From: Enoplolaimus lenunculus
Lineage: Eukaryota
Assembly: GCA_030248215.1 (NCBI GenBank)
Contig: JASANG010002365.1
Coordinates: 124,001-188,000 of the forward strand
Direction: 5' to 3'
Length of the DNA: 64,000 bases
Part shown: positions 13,103 to 25,706 of the stretch, piece after piece
Layout: each line of letters begins with the position of its first letter
Position numbering within the stretch: position 1 is the stretch's first letter
The notes under the pieces: model-generated
Database searches by the model: none
What the model saw: only the letters and a program-made list of their open reading frames with translations
Told to the model about the DNA's origin: nothing
Program-made: the position numbers and the translations under genes

Positions 13103-13322
13103 CGCGGCAAAATAAGGTCAGTCAAATTGACTCTTTCCGAAATAGGCTTTCCCTGACTACACAAAATGAGTCAAAATTCGACTTCGCCAGAGTCAAATTC
13201 GATTCACTGAATCGCTCATTGAGTTGAATTTGACTCTGGCGGAGTCGAATTTGACTCAGTATGTGTAGTCAGGAAAAGTCTATTTCGGAGAGCGTCAATT
13301 TAACTCACCATTTTTTTCAGTG
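13103..13322. repeat. Long imperfect inverted repeat (foldback element)
   Basis: Arms of about 95 bp (TTCCGAAATAGGCTTTCCCTGACTACAC...GCCAGAGTCAAATTC versus GAATTTGACTCTGGC...GTGTAGTCAGGAAAAGTCTATTTCGGA) around a spacer of about 25 nt. Confidence 0.8.
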
Positions 13323-13749
13323 TGGCCTGCTCCCGTTGTTAGTGGAGAATGGGCTAAAAAAAATTTCATGTGGGGTATACAAGGGTTTTCAATGACTCAC
13401 AAAACCTTTGTAGTCCCCGTTGCTTAATTAATTTACAAATGACCCCATAGCCCCGTCCTGCTACGTGCACACGTCACTACAATTGGTGAAAATTTTCAGA
13501 ACGATAGAAAATTAGGTATTCCAAGACAAAAATAATCCCTGGTGCGGTAAGCTGTAATGACACAAATGGCGAATCCAGAAATTTGTCATGGGAACGACGC
13601 GTTCTATATTACAGTTCTCACCTGAAACTATGATGAAGCTGGTCGTAAATTTAGTACGAAATCTTAATACAAAATTTTAGTTTTAATCTCTGTTGACGAC
13701 GAAGCTAAGGAAGCTAATGCCTTGGAGGTCCGTTTTTGGATCTGCCATT

Positions 13750-14013
13750 GTAATTCCATCCTGGCAATGACTATTTTGAACTGAATACTACATATATAAA
13801 TATGTATTTATTTATTTTATTTATTTATATTTATTTATTTTATTTATTTATTTTATTTATATATACGATCTGCCAGTGTAATGCCATCCTGGCAATGACT
13901 ATTTTAAACTGAACACTATATATATAAATATATATTTATTTATTTATATTTATTTTATTTATTTATATTTATTTTATTTATTTATATTTCTTTTATTTAT
14001 TTTATTTATATAT
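13750..14013. repeat. Tandem duplication of about 128 bp, each copy ending in (TTTA)n
   Basis: CCATCCTGGCAATGACTATTTT occurs at 13756 and 13884. Confidence 0.8.
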
Positions 14014-16448
14014 AGTGGCAAAAACATTTTTGACCAGATTATAAACTCTACTACTTCGACGAAAATCGCAATGCCTAATTGAACGTCAACCCAACGTTGA
14101 AAAAAGCACATGTACGACGTATTTTTGCTAAATTTTTGTTAGCCATTTTTAATACGGTTGTTTATTCATCTCACGCTATAATTTGAGGATATATTATGCT
14201 TAAACGCAAACGCTATAGTATTAAAGTTTCAAAATCTAAGGTATGTAAACTGTAATAAATTGAACAAATACTCTATTGAGGCCACTTTGAATCGGATGTA
14301 TCCATCATTTATCTGCATTGTCTGGCAATTCTATATTTTAGAAACCAAATTTACTGCTGTAGTTTTCAAATTTCCGCTCGAGTGAAGTCAATTTCATTGT
14401 TACATTTCATTACTAAACACATTATTCATGTCACGGACAGATGTTGAACAACTTTTTAGGGGGGTCAATGATTGATATTTTTGTAAACTGAACTGGTACT
14501 TTGACGCATATATTCGATTGATGCTGTCCCATTTGAAGAAATTTCGCCGTATTTCACAATTGTTTAGTATGACGGGGGGTTATATACCCAACGACCCCCC
14601 CAAGATTCATCCCTGGATATGTTTCCTGTTTGGCTTGAAATGGTCCGAATTATTACATAACAGTGTCCAGTTGTCATTTATTGTGGCCAAACCACAATGC
14701 CATCTGAACTAATTCGAAAGAAAACATCGTTAGCATTAAAGCTTTCTTAGGCAAAAATGGTAACGTAGCCTAGGGAGGTTCAGACCCACATTGGAAAAAA
14801 TTTGGCCCCAATAGAAAATTTTCAACCTTGCTTATAAGTCAACGAAAACCCTTGTATGCCAGTCCTGAAACGTTATCAGACCCCGCTAGCAAGGTGAGCT
14901 GGCTACGGGCGTGGGCCAAATTTGGTTTCGAGTGACTCGCCCGGCGCTGTTCAATATTAAGACAAATCTATTATTTTTTTGGTGGTTCGATGCGAAGTTT
15001 GGTTCAAGTTTATTAATGGTGCATGGTCTGAAGTGGACTGTGAAGTTTCTAGCGACCGCAATCTATTTTTACAGCCTGGTTTAAGCTTGTGATTTTGTCA
15101 AATATTGCAAACATGCCGTTAAAGTTTCAAAGCCGAGCATGGAATAAATATCCATGGGATGACAGTGATTTTAGCGAACTTTTAGTCGTCGAATATTGAG
15201 TTCAACAGTTTCATTTTATGAGAGCGTAAACTCGTTGCGAAATATTAATTCGTAAAAAGCAACTCAAACTTAATATTCAATGTAATGTTTTTTCGTTATC
15301 GCATAGCAAATGCTTAAGCTTAGGCGTTAAGTTAATTAGCTGTTATTATAAATAGTACTGCTTGTCCTTACGAAATTATAGCGAAAATTAAAATTTATAT
15401 TATATATATGGTGCAACCGGATTTATAAAATACCGGAACCGGAAAATTAAAAAATACCAGAACCAGGAATCGAAAAATTGTTGTTACCCAAAAATTCGTT
15501 TTAACGCTGTTTTATCTGTTTTAACGGAGTAAAAACACCGTTTAGGATACCAATATCCTAAAACAAATGCAGTAGCTGGAAACGTTCGATCAATTATAAA
15601 GTATGACACAAATTGAAAATTTTGCCAATACATGCTCAGACAATTTTAGAAAAATAAGTTAGAATAAGATGCCAAGTTTTCTTAAATTTTCGAACGAAAA
15701 TCAATTTTAATACCGAAAACACAGGAAAATCCCGGGAAAAAAATACCGGATTTTTTACCAGAACCGGATAATGAAAAATACCGGATTTCCCTACAGCGAA
15801 CCGGAATTCCGGTTGCACCCTGAATTTATAATATGGCCTATGTATAAGACACAAAAACCTTTCCTATATTGGTTAATTTCCCGTAAAGTTTAGGTTAAAT
15901 CAATGACTCAGTTGGTTCACTGGTTCTTTCTGTTTACCTCTCCAGGCGTTGGTTGGTGTTTGACCACATCATCTTTTCTGTGATTTGTTATTATTTATTT
16001 GAGCTTGCGTCAAGTTATGAAGACCAGTTTGTTGTGTCATATGCTAATCTGACATTGCAATGACGGTGTTATATATAGGTTATGGTTCGTTTACCCGTTT
16101 TGTTTACCACATTTACGCTTCGGCTTAGGCTTAGGAAAGACTTACCTATGCCTAAGCCTAAGCCTTAGCCTTAGCTTTGAATGTGAGGTAAGTGTACAAG
16201 AGTCAAGTTTATCGCTGAAAAATATATTTTATTTGTTCACTGGAGGGGATGTTTTAATTATTTTTATTACTTTCAAAAAGCACACAGATAAACCGAGGGC
16301 CGGACCATCCTCCCACCTCCCATGCACCCCATATGGAAGCCCCACCCTAGCGAAGAGCCCCTACCCTAACAAAATTTTAAACAAAAAATAGCTGCTAATA
16401 TTCAACAGAATTCGAAAAAATATTTTGATTATCGCAAAAGGCCCCCCA

Positions 16449-16580
16449 CCCTACAATTTTGGGCTCCCACCCAAGAATTTTGGGCTCCCACCCTAGAATT
16501 TTGGGCTCTCACCCTAGAATTTTGGGCTCCCACCCTACAATTTTGGGCTCCCACCCTAGAATTTTGAGCTCCCACTCTAG
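16449..16580. repeat. 21-bp minisatellite (TTGGGCTCCCACCCTAGAATT)
   Basis: About 6 tandem copies. Confidence 0.85.
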
Positions 16581-16863
16581 CCTGCTTCACCACTGGATAA
16601 ACCCAGTTGACCCGCGCCTCCAGACATTAATTCGTCTGGCCAAGTCAGACCAGTGCAATAAATGAAATTTTTTGCAAAACCAATTTTAACTTTGTTCCAA
16701 GCCTTGATATCCACATTAATTTAAATTTAATGTTGTTTGATTGGAATTAAAATTGTCGCATAAGTCAAAACGAGAGAACACCGTTTAAAAACGTTTAAAA
16801 TCACATCAAACAATTTAAGTGTAGCCCCCGTCACTTAAAAAGCCTTTGATTTATAGCGATTAC

Positions 16864-17972
16864 GGCCCATGCAAAGATCAGGGGCGGAACGTTTTTCTCT
16901 GGGACTGCAATAGAGTAAAGCTTAAGGTTTAGACAAATTTTTTGCTTGGCTTAGGTTTAGGCTTAGGAATATGCTCATTTTTACGCTTAGGCTTAGGAAT
17001 ATGCTCATTTTTACGCTTAGGCTTAGGCTTAGGAATATGCTCATTCTTACGCTTAGGCTTAGGCTTAGGAATATGCTCATTTTTACGCTTAGGCTTAGGC
17101 TTAGGAATATGCTCATTCTTACGCTTAGGCTTAGGCTTAGGAATATGCTCATTCTTACGCTTAGGCTTAGGCTTAGGAATATGCTCATTCTTACGCTTAG
17201 GCTTAGGCTTAGAAATATGCTCATTCTTACGCTTAGGCTTAGGCTTAGGAAAATGCTCATTTTTACGCTTAGGCTTAGGCTTAGGAATATGCTCATTCTT
17301 ACGCTTAGGCTTAGGCTTAGGAATATGCTCATTTTTACGCTTAGGCTTAGGCTTAGGAATATGCTCATTCTTACGCTTAGGCTTAGGCTTAGGAATATGC
17401 TCATTTTTACGCTTAGGCTTAGGCTTAGGAATATGCTCATTCTTACGCTTAGGCTTAGGCTTAGGAATATGCTCATTTTTACGCTTAGGCTTAGGCTTAG
17501 GAATATGCTCATTCTTACGCTTAGGCTTAGGCTTAGGAATATGCTCATTTTTACGCTTAGGCTTAGGCTTAGGAATATGCTCATTCTTACGCTTAGGCTT
17601 AGGCTTAGGAATATGCTCATTTTTACGCTTAGGCTTAGGCTTAGGAATATGCTCATTCTTACGCTTAGGCTTAGGCTTAGGAATATGCTCATTCTTACGC
17701 TTAGGCTTAGGCTTAGAAATATGCTCATTCTTACGCTTAGGCTTAGGCTTAGGAAAATGCTCATTTTTACGCTTAGGCTTGGACTTAGAAATATGCTCAT
17801 TTTTACGCTTAGGCTTAGGCTTAGCAATATGCTCATTCTTAAACTTAGGCTTAGGTTAGGAATATGCTCATTCTTACGCTTAGGCTTAGGAATATGCTCA
17901 GTCTTACGCTTAGGCGTAGGCTTAGGAATATGCTTATAATACTGTTCCCCGCCCCTGTTCTTTACATTAACC
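16864..17972. mobile_element. Family A MITE expanded by about 1 kb of a 36-bp telomere-derived minisatellite
   Basis: Family A termini at both ends. Unit TTAGGC-TTAGGC-TTAGGA-ATATGC-TCATT(C/T)-TTACGC, about 26 copies. Confidence 0.85.
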
Positions 17973-18221
17973 GCTATTGCTTAATGAAATTTTTATACTT
18001 GATTTTTGAACAATTTTTCTTGCTATCATTCAGACAAATTAAAATTGCAGATGCAATTTGTAAGACAAACTTTAACTGCAGAAAAAAACATTTTTAACTG
18101 CAGGTCACATATGCGTATTTTAAATTCATTGTCAGGTTTCGTTTTTTCATACATTCTGGTTTAAAATGCTTATGTAAGAATTGTCAGTAGTTGGTTATCA
18201 GCGCACAAACCGGGACATCAG

Positions 18222-18354
18222 CCTCCGGTTCCGGCTGAAAACCGACCTCCGCTTCCGGCTGAAAACCGACCTCCGGTTCCGGCTGAAAACCGACCTCCGG
18301 TTCCGGCTGAAAACCGACCTCCGGTTCCGGCTGAAAACCGACCTCCGGTTTCGG
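18222..18354. repeat. 24-bp minisatellite (CCTCCGGTTCCGGCTGAAAACCGA)
   Basis: About 5.5 tandem copies. Confidence 0.85.
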
Positions 18355-20170
18355 CACAGGTACAGTTTATGTTAGAAATTGCAATAATTTCTGTATCGAA
18401 ATTTTCTGAATTTTTTCTAAAAGTTCTATCATTCAATAAGTTTGTTTGTGGTTCCGGTTCCGGCGACTTTTGTCAACCTCCGGCTCCGGTTTTGTTTCCT
18501 CCAGGCATGGGCGGGGGGGGGTCGATGGGACGCGCACCCCTCCCTATTGGTCCGAGCCGACGAAAGTGTTTTTTGCCTTATTTGTAAGTTTCGGTCTGTT
18601 TTCTAGAAAAATGTGTAGAAAATTTGCGCTTCGAGCATATGTACTAAGCACCCTTTTTATGATGACATTTTCAGCGTGTAATCAATTGGCTTTCAAACTT
18701 AACCCTGTGATAAAATAGGTTTATTGTGTGGGGGGTCTTTTTGATTATTCACCCCAGCCGGTGTTTGCCAGAAATGGTTGGATTTTGAAAATTGTTACAT
18801 ATTTGAGCTTCTCACAACCGCCGCTGGTCACCTGACCACAATTTTTGAATTTTTGAAAGTTTGATTTTTTACAAGTGCCCTCCAACGACCAAGGTCCCCC
18901 CGATTCAAAATTTTGTGCTAAAAAGTTACAAAATTATATACCATTCGACGCAGTCTGCCGAACTGGTTCCAATTGTGTTCAATTGTTTACAGTCAAACTC
19001 CTGGTTAACGGGTTATGGTCCAATAACTGATTTGGCACGATCCCAAATCGGCAGCGTTTTTAGACAACTGGCCGCGATTGGCTAAGCGTTGTTCCTTTGC
19101 CCGATGGTTAACGTTTTGCCAATTCTATTGTAAGAACCGGATCCGTATCCAATGGGAACACGGGACGCTCTTGTCTTCCCTGGTAAAATTATATACCATC
19201 GCAAAAAAATTTTCAACCTTGCTTGTAAGTCAACGAAAATCTGAGTATACTCTCGTCCTACAAACTGTTTCGCCCTTTTAGTATGCTGAACTGGCTACGG
19301 GCCTGGTATAAACCAATATCTGTTGCAGTTCTTTTCCATGCCGGCTCACTCCAGTTCAATTATTCTGGTAACGGTATTGAAATTACGGAAATTCTTTAAT
19401 TCGTTCAGTTTGTCGTTTATTTATTTGACGAACTAAATTATATGAACCTTAAATCAGAGTAACGTAAAGAGTTGTCAGGCAAGGCCGGAGCAGCCATCCC
19501 CATACCCCCATTTGTGGACCCCCGCCCGAAAAACCGGCCCCCACCGTAACCAGGTTTTATACAAAAAATTTGAAAAATATTTTGATCATCGCAACGACCC
19601 TGCTACCCTGGAATTTTTTTGGTTTGGAACCGTAGCCTGCTCCGGCACTGTTGCTAGGATTGGCTGCAACCGCTTAACCAACTGTAAATGCTAATCTAAT
19701 TACAGTATAACTCGATTCATAGAGCTTAACAATTAAATACCTAATTGAAATTATTAATTGGTCTTTGAAGCTTAAACATGGTTTATTCGTCCAATCATGA
19801 GCCAAGTTGCCAACGTATCCGATGATTTTTGAACGATCACAAAATGTACTTCATGAGCTTATTTTCAATTCAAACTCAACTGAAACCTGGTTCGTATCGC
19901 CTTGGTTTTGTTCATTATAACGCGTTCAATATGTTGTAAAAGTGTAATTGTCCGTTCAGTTCAACTCAACCAAATATTATGTTCAAACTAAACTTTGAGT
20001 ACGCTGGAATCGCTGGTTTAGCTACTGTTAGTAAGTCATTTTTGTTTTTTTTGTTCCAAGCTGGTCGGTGGTATTGGCTCAAGACCCCGACAGAAATTAA
20101 AATTGGAATCGAGTATGGTGTATTTTACTATTTAGATGATGTGCAATATTAATATAATGGTATTGGTATC

Positions 20171-20397
20171 ACGACAATTCGGAAACCGACAATTCGTCGC
20201 CCGATAACTCGTCGCCCGACAACTCGTCCCCCGACAACTCGTCCCCCGACAACTCGTCCCTCGACAACTCGTCCCTAGACAGTTTGTTGCCCGATAATTC
20301 GGTGCCCGACAATTTGGCGCTCGACCATTCGTCACCCGGCAACTCGCCGACCGGCAACTTGTAATACGAAATTTCATCGACTTGACAATTCGTCGAT
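20171..20397. repeat. 15-bp minisatellite (CGACAACTCGTCCCC-like)
   Basis: About 13 degenerate units. Related short stretch at 10615-10675 and an inverted remnant at 20484-20507. Confidence 0.78.
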
Positions 20398-22278
20398 CAT
20401 CATTATTACGCTTAGGCTTAAGATTACGATTCGGATTTTTCTTAGATTTATTTAAAGGCTTTAGGACACAGTTGAGCGGTAAAGTTGTCGGGCGACGAAT
20501 TGTCGTAGATTCATTGTTTTTTTGTTTTCACATTGGACGCCCCGTTTTTAGGCTGTGTGGCCGGACCTGAGACAGGGCGGTGGCTGCGTTGCCTTTGGCT
20601 GCAGGAGGCGCGTTGAACTTTGAACTTAGAAGCAACGCAAAGATGAAATATTAAACTTTCGATACACATCACAAGTGAATAATTTATTTAAAAATCATTA
20701 TGCAAAGTGTAAATGTTGTGGCACCTTTGTAGTTTCTGTCTGCCGCGGAAAAGCTTTGTTTAGGTTTAGGCTTCAATCTGGTCGTAGGCTTGGAGGCTGT
20801 AGGATTAGGAATATGCTTATGCCTACTGTTAGGCCATCAGCTATACATGGGCCATTTGTGCAGCGCGGGATGGAAGGATTTTGCCACTGCTGGGAAACTA
20901 CAAAGGTGCCAAAATTGTATTAGAAACGTTTTGCATTTATAGAAAATTTTCAACCTTGCTTGTAAGTCAACGAAGACCACATGTATATGAGCCTCCTGAA
21001 CCAAATTTATGGCCTGGCTATGGTCCTACAAAAACGGCTCGCATCCGGTAATCGCATTTTCGACAGTATTTAATGTCATAGATCGTCTAATTTTGCGGGG
21101 GGACTACAAAGGTGCTAAAATTGTATCAGAAACGTTTTACCATCATAGAAAATTTTCAACCTTGCTTGTAAGTTTGTCGTGTCAAAGTGTAATTGGGTGT
21201 TTTTAGGAGAAAAAATATCGGTTAAAAAAATTTTGGGTTAATTTTTTATCACCAATTTTGAACACTGAAGTTTATTTTTTGTCTCGACTGTCACACAGTT
21301 TATATGACAAATGATACCGTAACGATATTTTTGGGCTGTCGTATTTATCATCAAATGTACCCCGTCTATGTCTGGTAGCGAGTTTTTGATTGACCGTAAC
21401 GGTGGCATAAAGCCATGTTTAACCCTGGTGGATCGGAACCGCGTGGCGTCGACGACCACAGCAGGGATCAAAACGAAACATTGGGTATCCATGGGATTTA
21501 GTACTAAAATTGCAGTTGGTTTCTCGGTCGTTTCGCTCGCGAGTTTTTTATGTTATATAATACGTCGTCAAGATCTGAACTTTTTGGCTATTTTAATTGC
21601 ATAGGGTATGCAGAAAGTGAAACTCCACCCCAACCCACCCCCCTTTGAATATGCATTGCAAGGCCCAATGTTACTTTTACGAGCGTAACTTAACATTAAG
21701 CATATTTCTAAGCCTAAACCTAAGCGTAAAAATGAGTGTTAATTCGAAGCATAAGCCTAAGTAATCAAATGGTCTAAATTCAAATCCTACTGTATTGCAG
21801 TCGTACAAGAAAACGACACGGCCCAATAAATAACTCTGGCCCCGATGGCCATGCTAGGGTGCGTTGTTGATAGCTAAATTTTTCGATCCTCCACGACAAA
21901 GCGAACGAGAACATCCGCCACAAAAGGATGCGGGCCGGTATGCACAGGGAATCCCGGGGGCTCACTCGCTACAAAAAATTTTCAACCTTGCTTGTAAATC
22001 ATCGAAAACCCATGCATTCATAGCTCTAAATGTTTAACCCCCTCTAGCAAAGTGAGCTGGCTATTGTCGCCAAGAATGTTAGCGATTTGCATAAAATGGT
22101 GAAATTTCATGACGGCAAATGGTCTCCCGGCTTGTAATTATTAAGACTTCGTTATTCAAAACATGCTATCTGTGGCGGATCCAAAATTCACCGTGGCAGA
22201 GGATACTTTTTGCATTTCGAAATTATCAAATTTTGAAATATGTTGGATCAAAATTTTTTGAAATTTTGAAACTAACCA

Positions 22279-22630
22279 ATCTCGCTAAAGAAGAATTATT
22301 TTTTAAAAATCTTGCTAAACAAAAATTAATTTTTTCAAAATCTCGCTAAACAAAAATAATTTTTCAAAATCTCGCTAAAGAAAAATAATTTTTCAAAATC
22401 TCGCTAAAAACAAATAATTTTTCAAAATCTCGCTAAAGAAACATAATTTTTCAAAATCTCGCTAAAGAAACATAATTTTTCAAAATCTCGCTAAAGAAAA
22501 TTAATTTTTCAAAATCTCGCTAAAGAAAATTAATTTTTCCAAATCTCGCTAAAGAAAAATTAATTTTTCAAAATCTCACTAAAGAAAATTAATTTTTCAA
22601 AATCTCGCTAAAGAAAATTAATTTTTCAAA
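22279..22630. repeat. 29-30-bp AT-rich minisatellite (AAAATCTCGCTAAAGAAAATTAATTTTTC)
   Basis: About 12 tandem copies. Confidence 0.85.
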
Positions 22631-23442
22631 GACTAGAAAACACATTTCGATCAATTGTTGGCATCAACAGGCGGGCCTATAGGGAAGATACAACCCTTCA
22701 TTAGCCTGTATCTATCAGTATATACTATAAAGTATCATATCGCATCTAGAAACGATTGTCCGGGGGTTTGAAACCGTATATATATATTTTTAGAATGAAA
22801 TTTAAAATGCTAAGGTTTTTAACTAATGATTTAAAAAAATTTGAGGTGATTTTCAAATTTTTTGCCTAAACTTAATAATTTCGGCACACGAACGAAAATA
22901 TTTACAACTTCGAAGCTGATATGCAAAACAACAGTTTAAACTTCCTGATACGGTTCTATTGTTGGGTTTATTTGGCCCCAAATATTGAGTACCGTGCATC
23001 AATTTTGTAGGAATGAGGCTTGCATTGAGAATTTGATTAATGAAGCAACCTTTGCCGTTGTCAATTTGCTGACAGTAGTTTTTCTGTGGTAGCCTGCACC
23101 CTCAAACAATTGCCTTTTTGAAAAATACATCAGAACCAAATATACCTATGTATGAGTGTGCTTGTCAAGCCGACATTATGTTGACCCTTGCCCGTAGCCA
23201 AGGCGTGACTAGGGGGTCAGTCTCCTTGGAAATATTTTGGTTTCCCTCTAGAAAATTTTCAACCTTGTTTGTAAGTCTACGAAAACCCTTGTATGCCCTG
23301 TCTGGAAATTTTTTAGTTTCCCTATCAAGGTGAGCTGGCTACGGACATGCGTTGACCTAATGACCGTAATATCAACCAGTTGCATTTTAAAATATGTGAA
23401 TGATGCTTTCAATTGTAAATATATCAAATGTTTTAAGCAAAA

Positions 23443-23499
23443 AACCAACAAACAAACAAACAAACAAACAAACAATCAGACAAACAAACAAACAAACAA
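23443..23499. repeat. (CAAA)n microsatellite
   Basis: Read directly. Confidence 0.85.
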
Positions 23500-24157
23500 G
23501 GAAGTAAATGAAAGAAAGAAGAAGTTTAGATAAAAAATTACCAATTAAAAACGTACTGTATATAAGTTTGAAATTCTTAAGCACTAGCGATTCCAGAGGC
23601 GCGGGGAGTACGCCCCCACGTCAGAAATTTTTTTGTGTTAAAATGGTAAGATCCCTACCGTACAATTTTTACATTTCATAACATTTTCCAGCCCGCTCCC
23701 CGTCAAAAATTTTTGGATTCGCGTCTGTTCTTATAAGCAGTCTATTTTAATACTTCACGCACAGAAATCGACCAGCGAGTGTCCGTAAACACCCTTCAAT
23801 TAAATGTAATATGGCCGTCTAATTAATATTACCTGTAACAGCAGCATTCAGCCAAAATTATATATTTCTAAAACTGTCATTGAACATTTTTAATAGAAAA
23901 CAAACAAAAAATTGACTACGACGATACAAACGACACTGTTTTTGCCATCAAAATTAGCATTTTTGGATTAAATTAATTTTAGGTTTCGAAAGTTATTTTA
24001 GACGAAAAAACTTAGGAAAACATTTGTCTCTAAATTTCAGAAACACCAACGTTTGTGTATCACAAAAAATATTTGAAATAAAAGTAATATATTAAGTTTT
24101 GTGAAAGTTTTTTAATGAAAAATATTAAACAATTTGATTGGATAACTCGCTAAGTTA

Positions 24158-24538
24158 GCGTGGCACTATTGTTGTCGTGGGGCGTTGCAAGTCGAAAAAC
24201 AATTTTTGCTTACAAATTGATAAGCTATGTCATTGCGGCCGGTACATGTGCGTTGCAGTACGGTGTCGGACGGCATCGGATGGTGATCAAACGGCGCCGG
24301 ACGTTATCAAAAGTCTAACGCCACCCCTTAGGGTGACGCTATACTTGCGTCCGACGACGTCCGTCACTGCGCGTTACCCGTGCGACGCTGTGCATCAAGG
24401 TGCGGTATCGGACGCGAATTACTCGGCGTACGATACTGTACCAGTGGCGGACGGCGCCGTACGGGCAACGCACGGTGAACAACGGCGCCGTACGGACGAC
24501 GGACGGCGCCGGACGTCGACAAAATTATACCGTAACCC
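24158..24538. mobile_element. Two tandem PIF/Harbinger-like MITEs (family G, GGGTKGCGCTATACTT TIR)
   Basis: TTA|GGGTGACGCTATACTTG at 24331, AAATTATACCGTAACCC end at 24538. A preceding decayed copy ends at about 24326. Confidence 0.62.
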
Positions 24539-24585
24539 ATACTCGTTCATTTTCACGGACCATACTTGTATTAACTTGATTTCAG

Positions 24586-24829
24586 GTTCCGTTTCCGCTT
24601 CCGTGAGTGGTCTTCCATGCAGTCAAGTATGTCACAGCGAAGTTATGGAAGTCACACTGTCTTCTTATACCAAAGGCGGATACGGTTTGATTCTACACCG
24701 AGCTCCGAGTCCGCTTGCCGGCTGTGTTGCAAGCAGCAGCGGTGGTTCTGGAAGCCACGGTGCCGCACCGTACGACCATGTCAGTCCAGTGTTCGTATCG
24801 TATATTGAACGTGGGTCGCCTGCTGACAA
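24586..24829 (+). CDS. GRIP: GRIP-like multi-PDZ scaffold, first identifiable exon (N-terminal part of PDZ4-like domain)
   Basis: TTTCAG acceptor ends at 24585, GT donor at 24830. Translation SQVCHSEVMEVTL...GYGLIL...PVFVSYIERGSPADK resembles GRIP PDZ4 (QVVHTETTEVVL...PPLISYIEADSPAER, from memory). Phase 1 in, phase 2 out. Confidence 0.85.
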
Positions 24830-24854
24830 GTCAGTTTTGACGCGAGGAGGGATA

Positions 24855-25045
24855 CGGTAGCACTATACTTAAATTTTAATGTCGTTTGGGGGTCACATCG
24901 ACGCCGGTCGTCACTGCGTGTCACTTTGCTGTATTGTGAGCGAATTTCTCGTACACAATACTGTACAATGACGTGCGGTGACGTACGGTGACGTACGGTG
25001 ACGTGCGGTGACGAATGCAGCCGGACGACAAGTATAGCGCCACCC
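24855..25045. mobile_element. Family G MITE
   Basis: ATA|CGGTAGCACTATACTT...AAGTATAGCGCCACCC|ATA. Confidence 0.65.
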
Positions 25046-25217
25046 ATAAGTGTCTTGTACACATTCCCTAACATTTATCGCTTAGGCGCTTAAGTTAGAA
25101 TTACTTAGCGGTATCGATTGGAAGATATGAGAGACGGTTTCCAGCTCAGATGATTATACGTATCTTGTAGTACCAAACTCACGGTATATAGAGCCATTGT
25201 AGCGAAAAGTTTGCATT

Positions 25218-25289
25218 GGCTGCGTAGCTCAGTGGTTACAGCATCGGACCGGTAATTCGTACGTCGTTGGTTCGAGCCGCACCGCATCC
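25218..25289 (+). pseudogene. tRNA-like or tRNA-derived SINE-head sequence in a GRIP intron
   Basis: A-box TAGCTCAGTGG, B-box GGTTCGAGCC, acceptor stem GGCTGCG/CGCATCC with one mismatch. Other stems are imperfect. Confidence 0.55.
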
Positions 25290-25566
25290 GTAGCAAAATT
25301 TTCGTGGAAGCTTCTATATGGTACCGCGTATTTTTAGAATTACTTAAGAATAAACCTTTATTTAAGCTTTTGGCTAAGCCTAAACCATAAACTTGAATAA
25401 TATTTATTGTCACTTTCTAATTTTTTTATTCTAAATATTCTAAAACGATGCTAAATAAGTATTTAGGCAAAAAAAAAATTTTAAATTAGTCTGTTAATAT
25501 AACTGGTTCAGTTGAACCAGTTGTCTAACTGGAATGTTGTTCTAAACTTCAATAGTTCTATTTTAG

Positions 25567-25706
25567 ATCTGGCGTGTTGCAAGTTGGCGATCGCATTTTA
25601 GCAATCAACGATTGGGGCACATCGAGCGGATCAGCTGAAGAAGCCAATCACCGTTTGCGACACGCTCAAGGAAATATGATTTTAACCGTTGAATTTGATG
25701 TGATTG
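25567..25706 (+). CDS. GRIP: GRIP-like exon (C-terminal part of PDZ4)
   Basis: TTTTAG acceptor, GTAGG donor. Encodes [46 protein letters not shown]. Phases 2/1 match both neighbours. Confidence 0.9.

Noticed and set aside
16922..17939. Three ORFs of about 300 aa (LSLSLS / LGLGLG / LRLRLR)
   Set aside because: Translations of the 36-bp minisatellite, with no coding evidence.
24177..24585. N-terminal part of the 227-aa ORF as GRIP coding sequence
   Set aside because: It runs through family G MITEs. GRIP similarity starts only after the TTTCAG acceptor at 24585.
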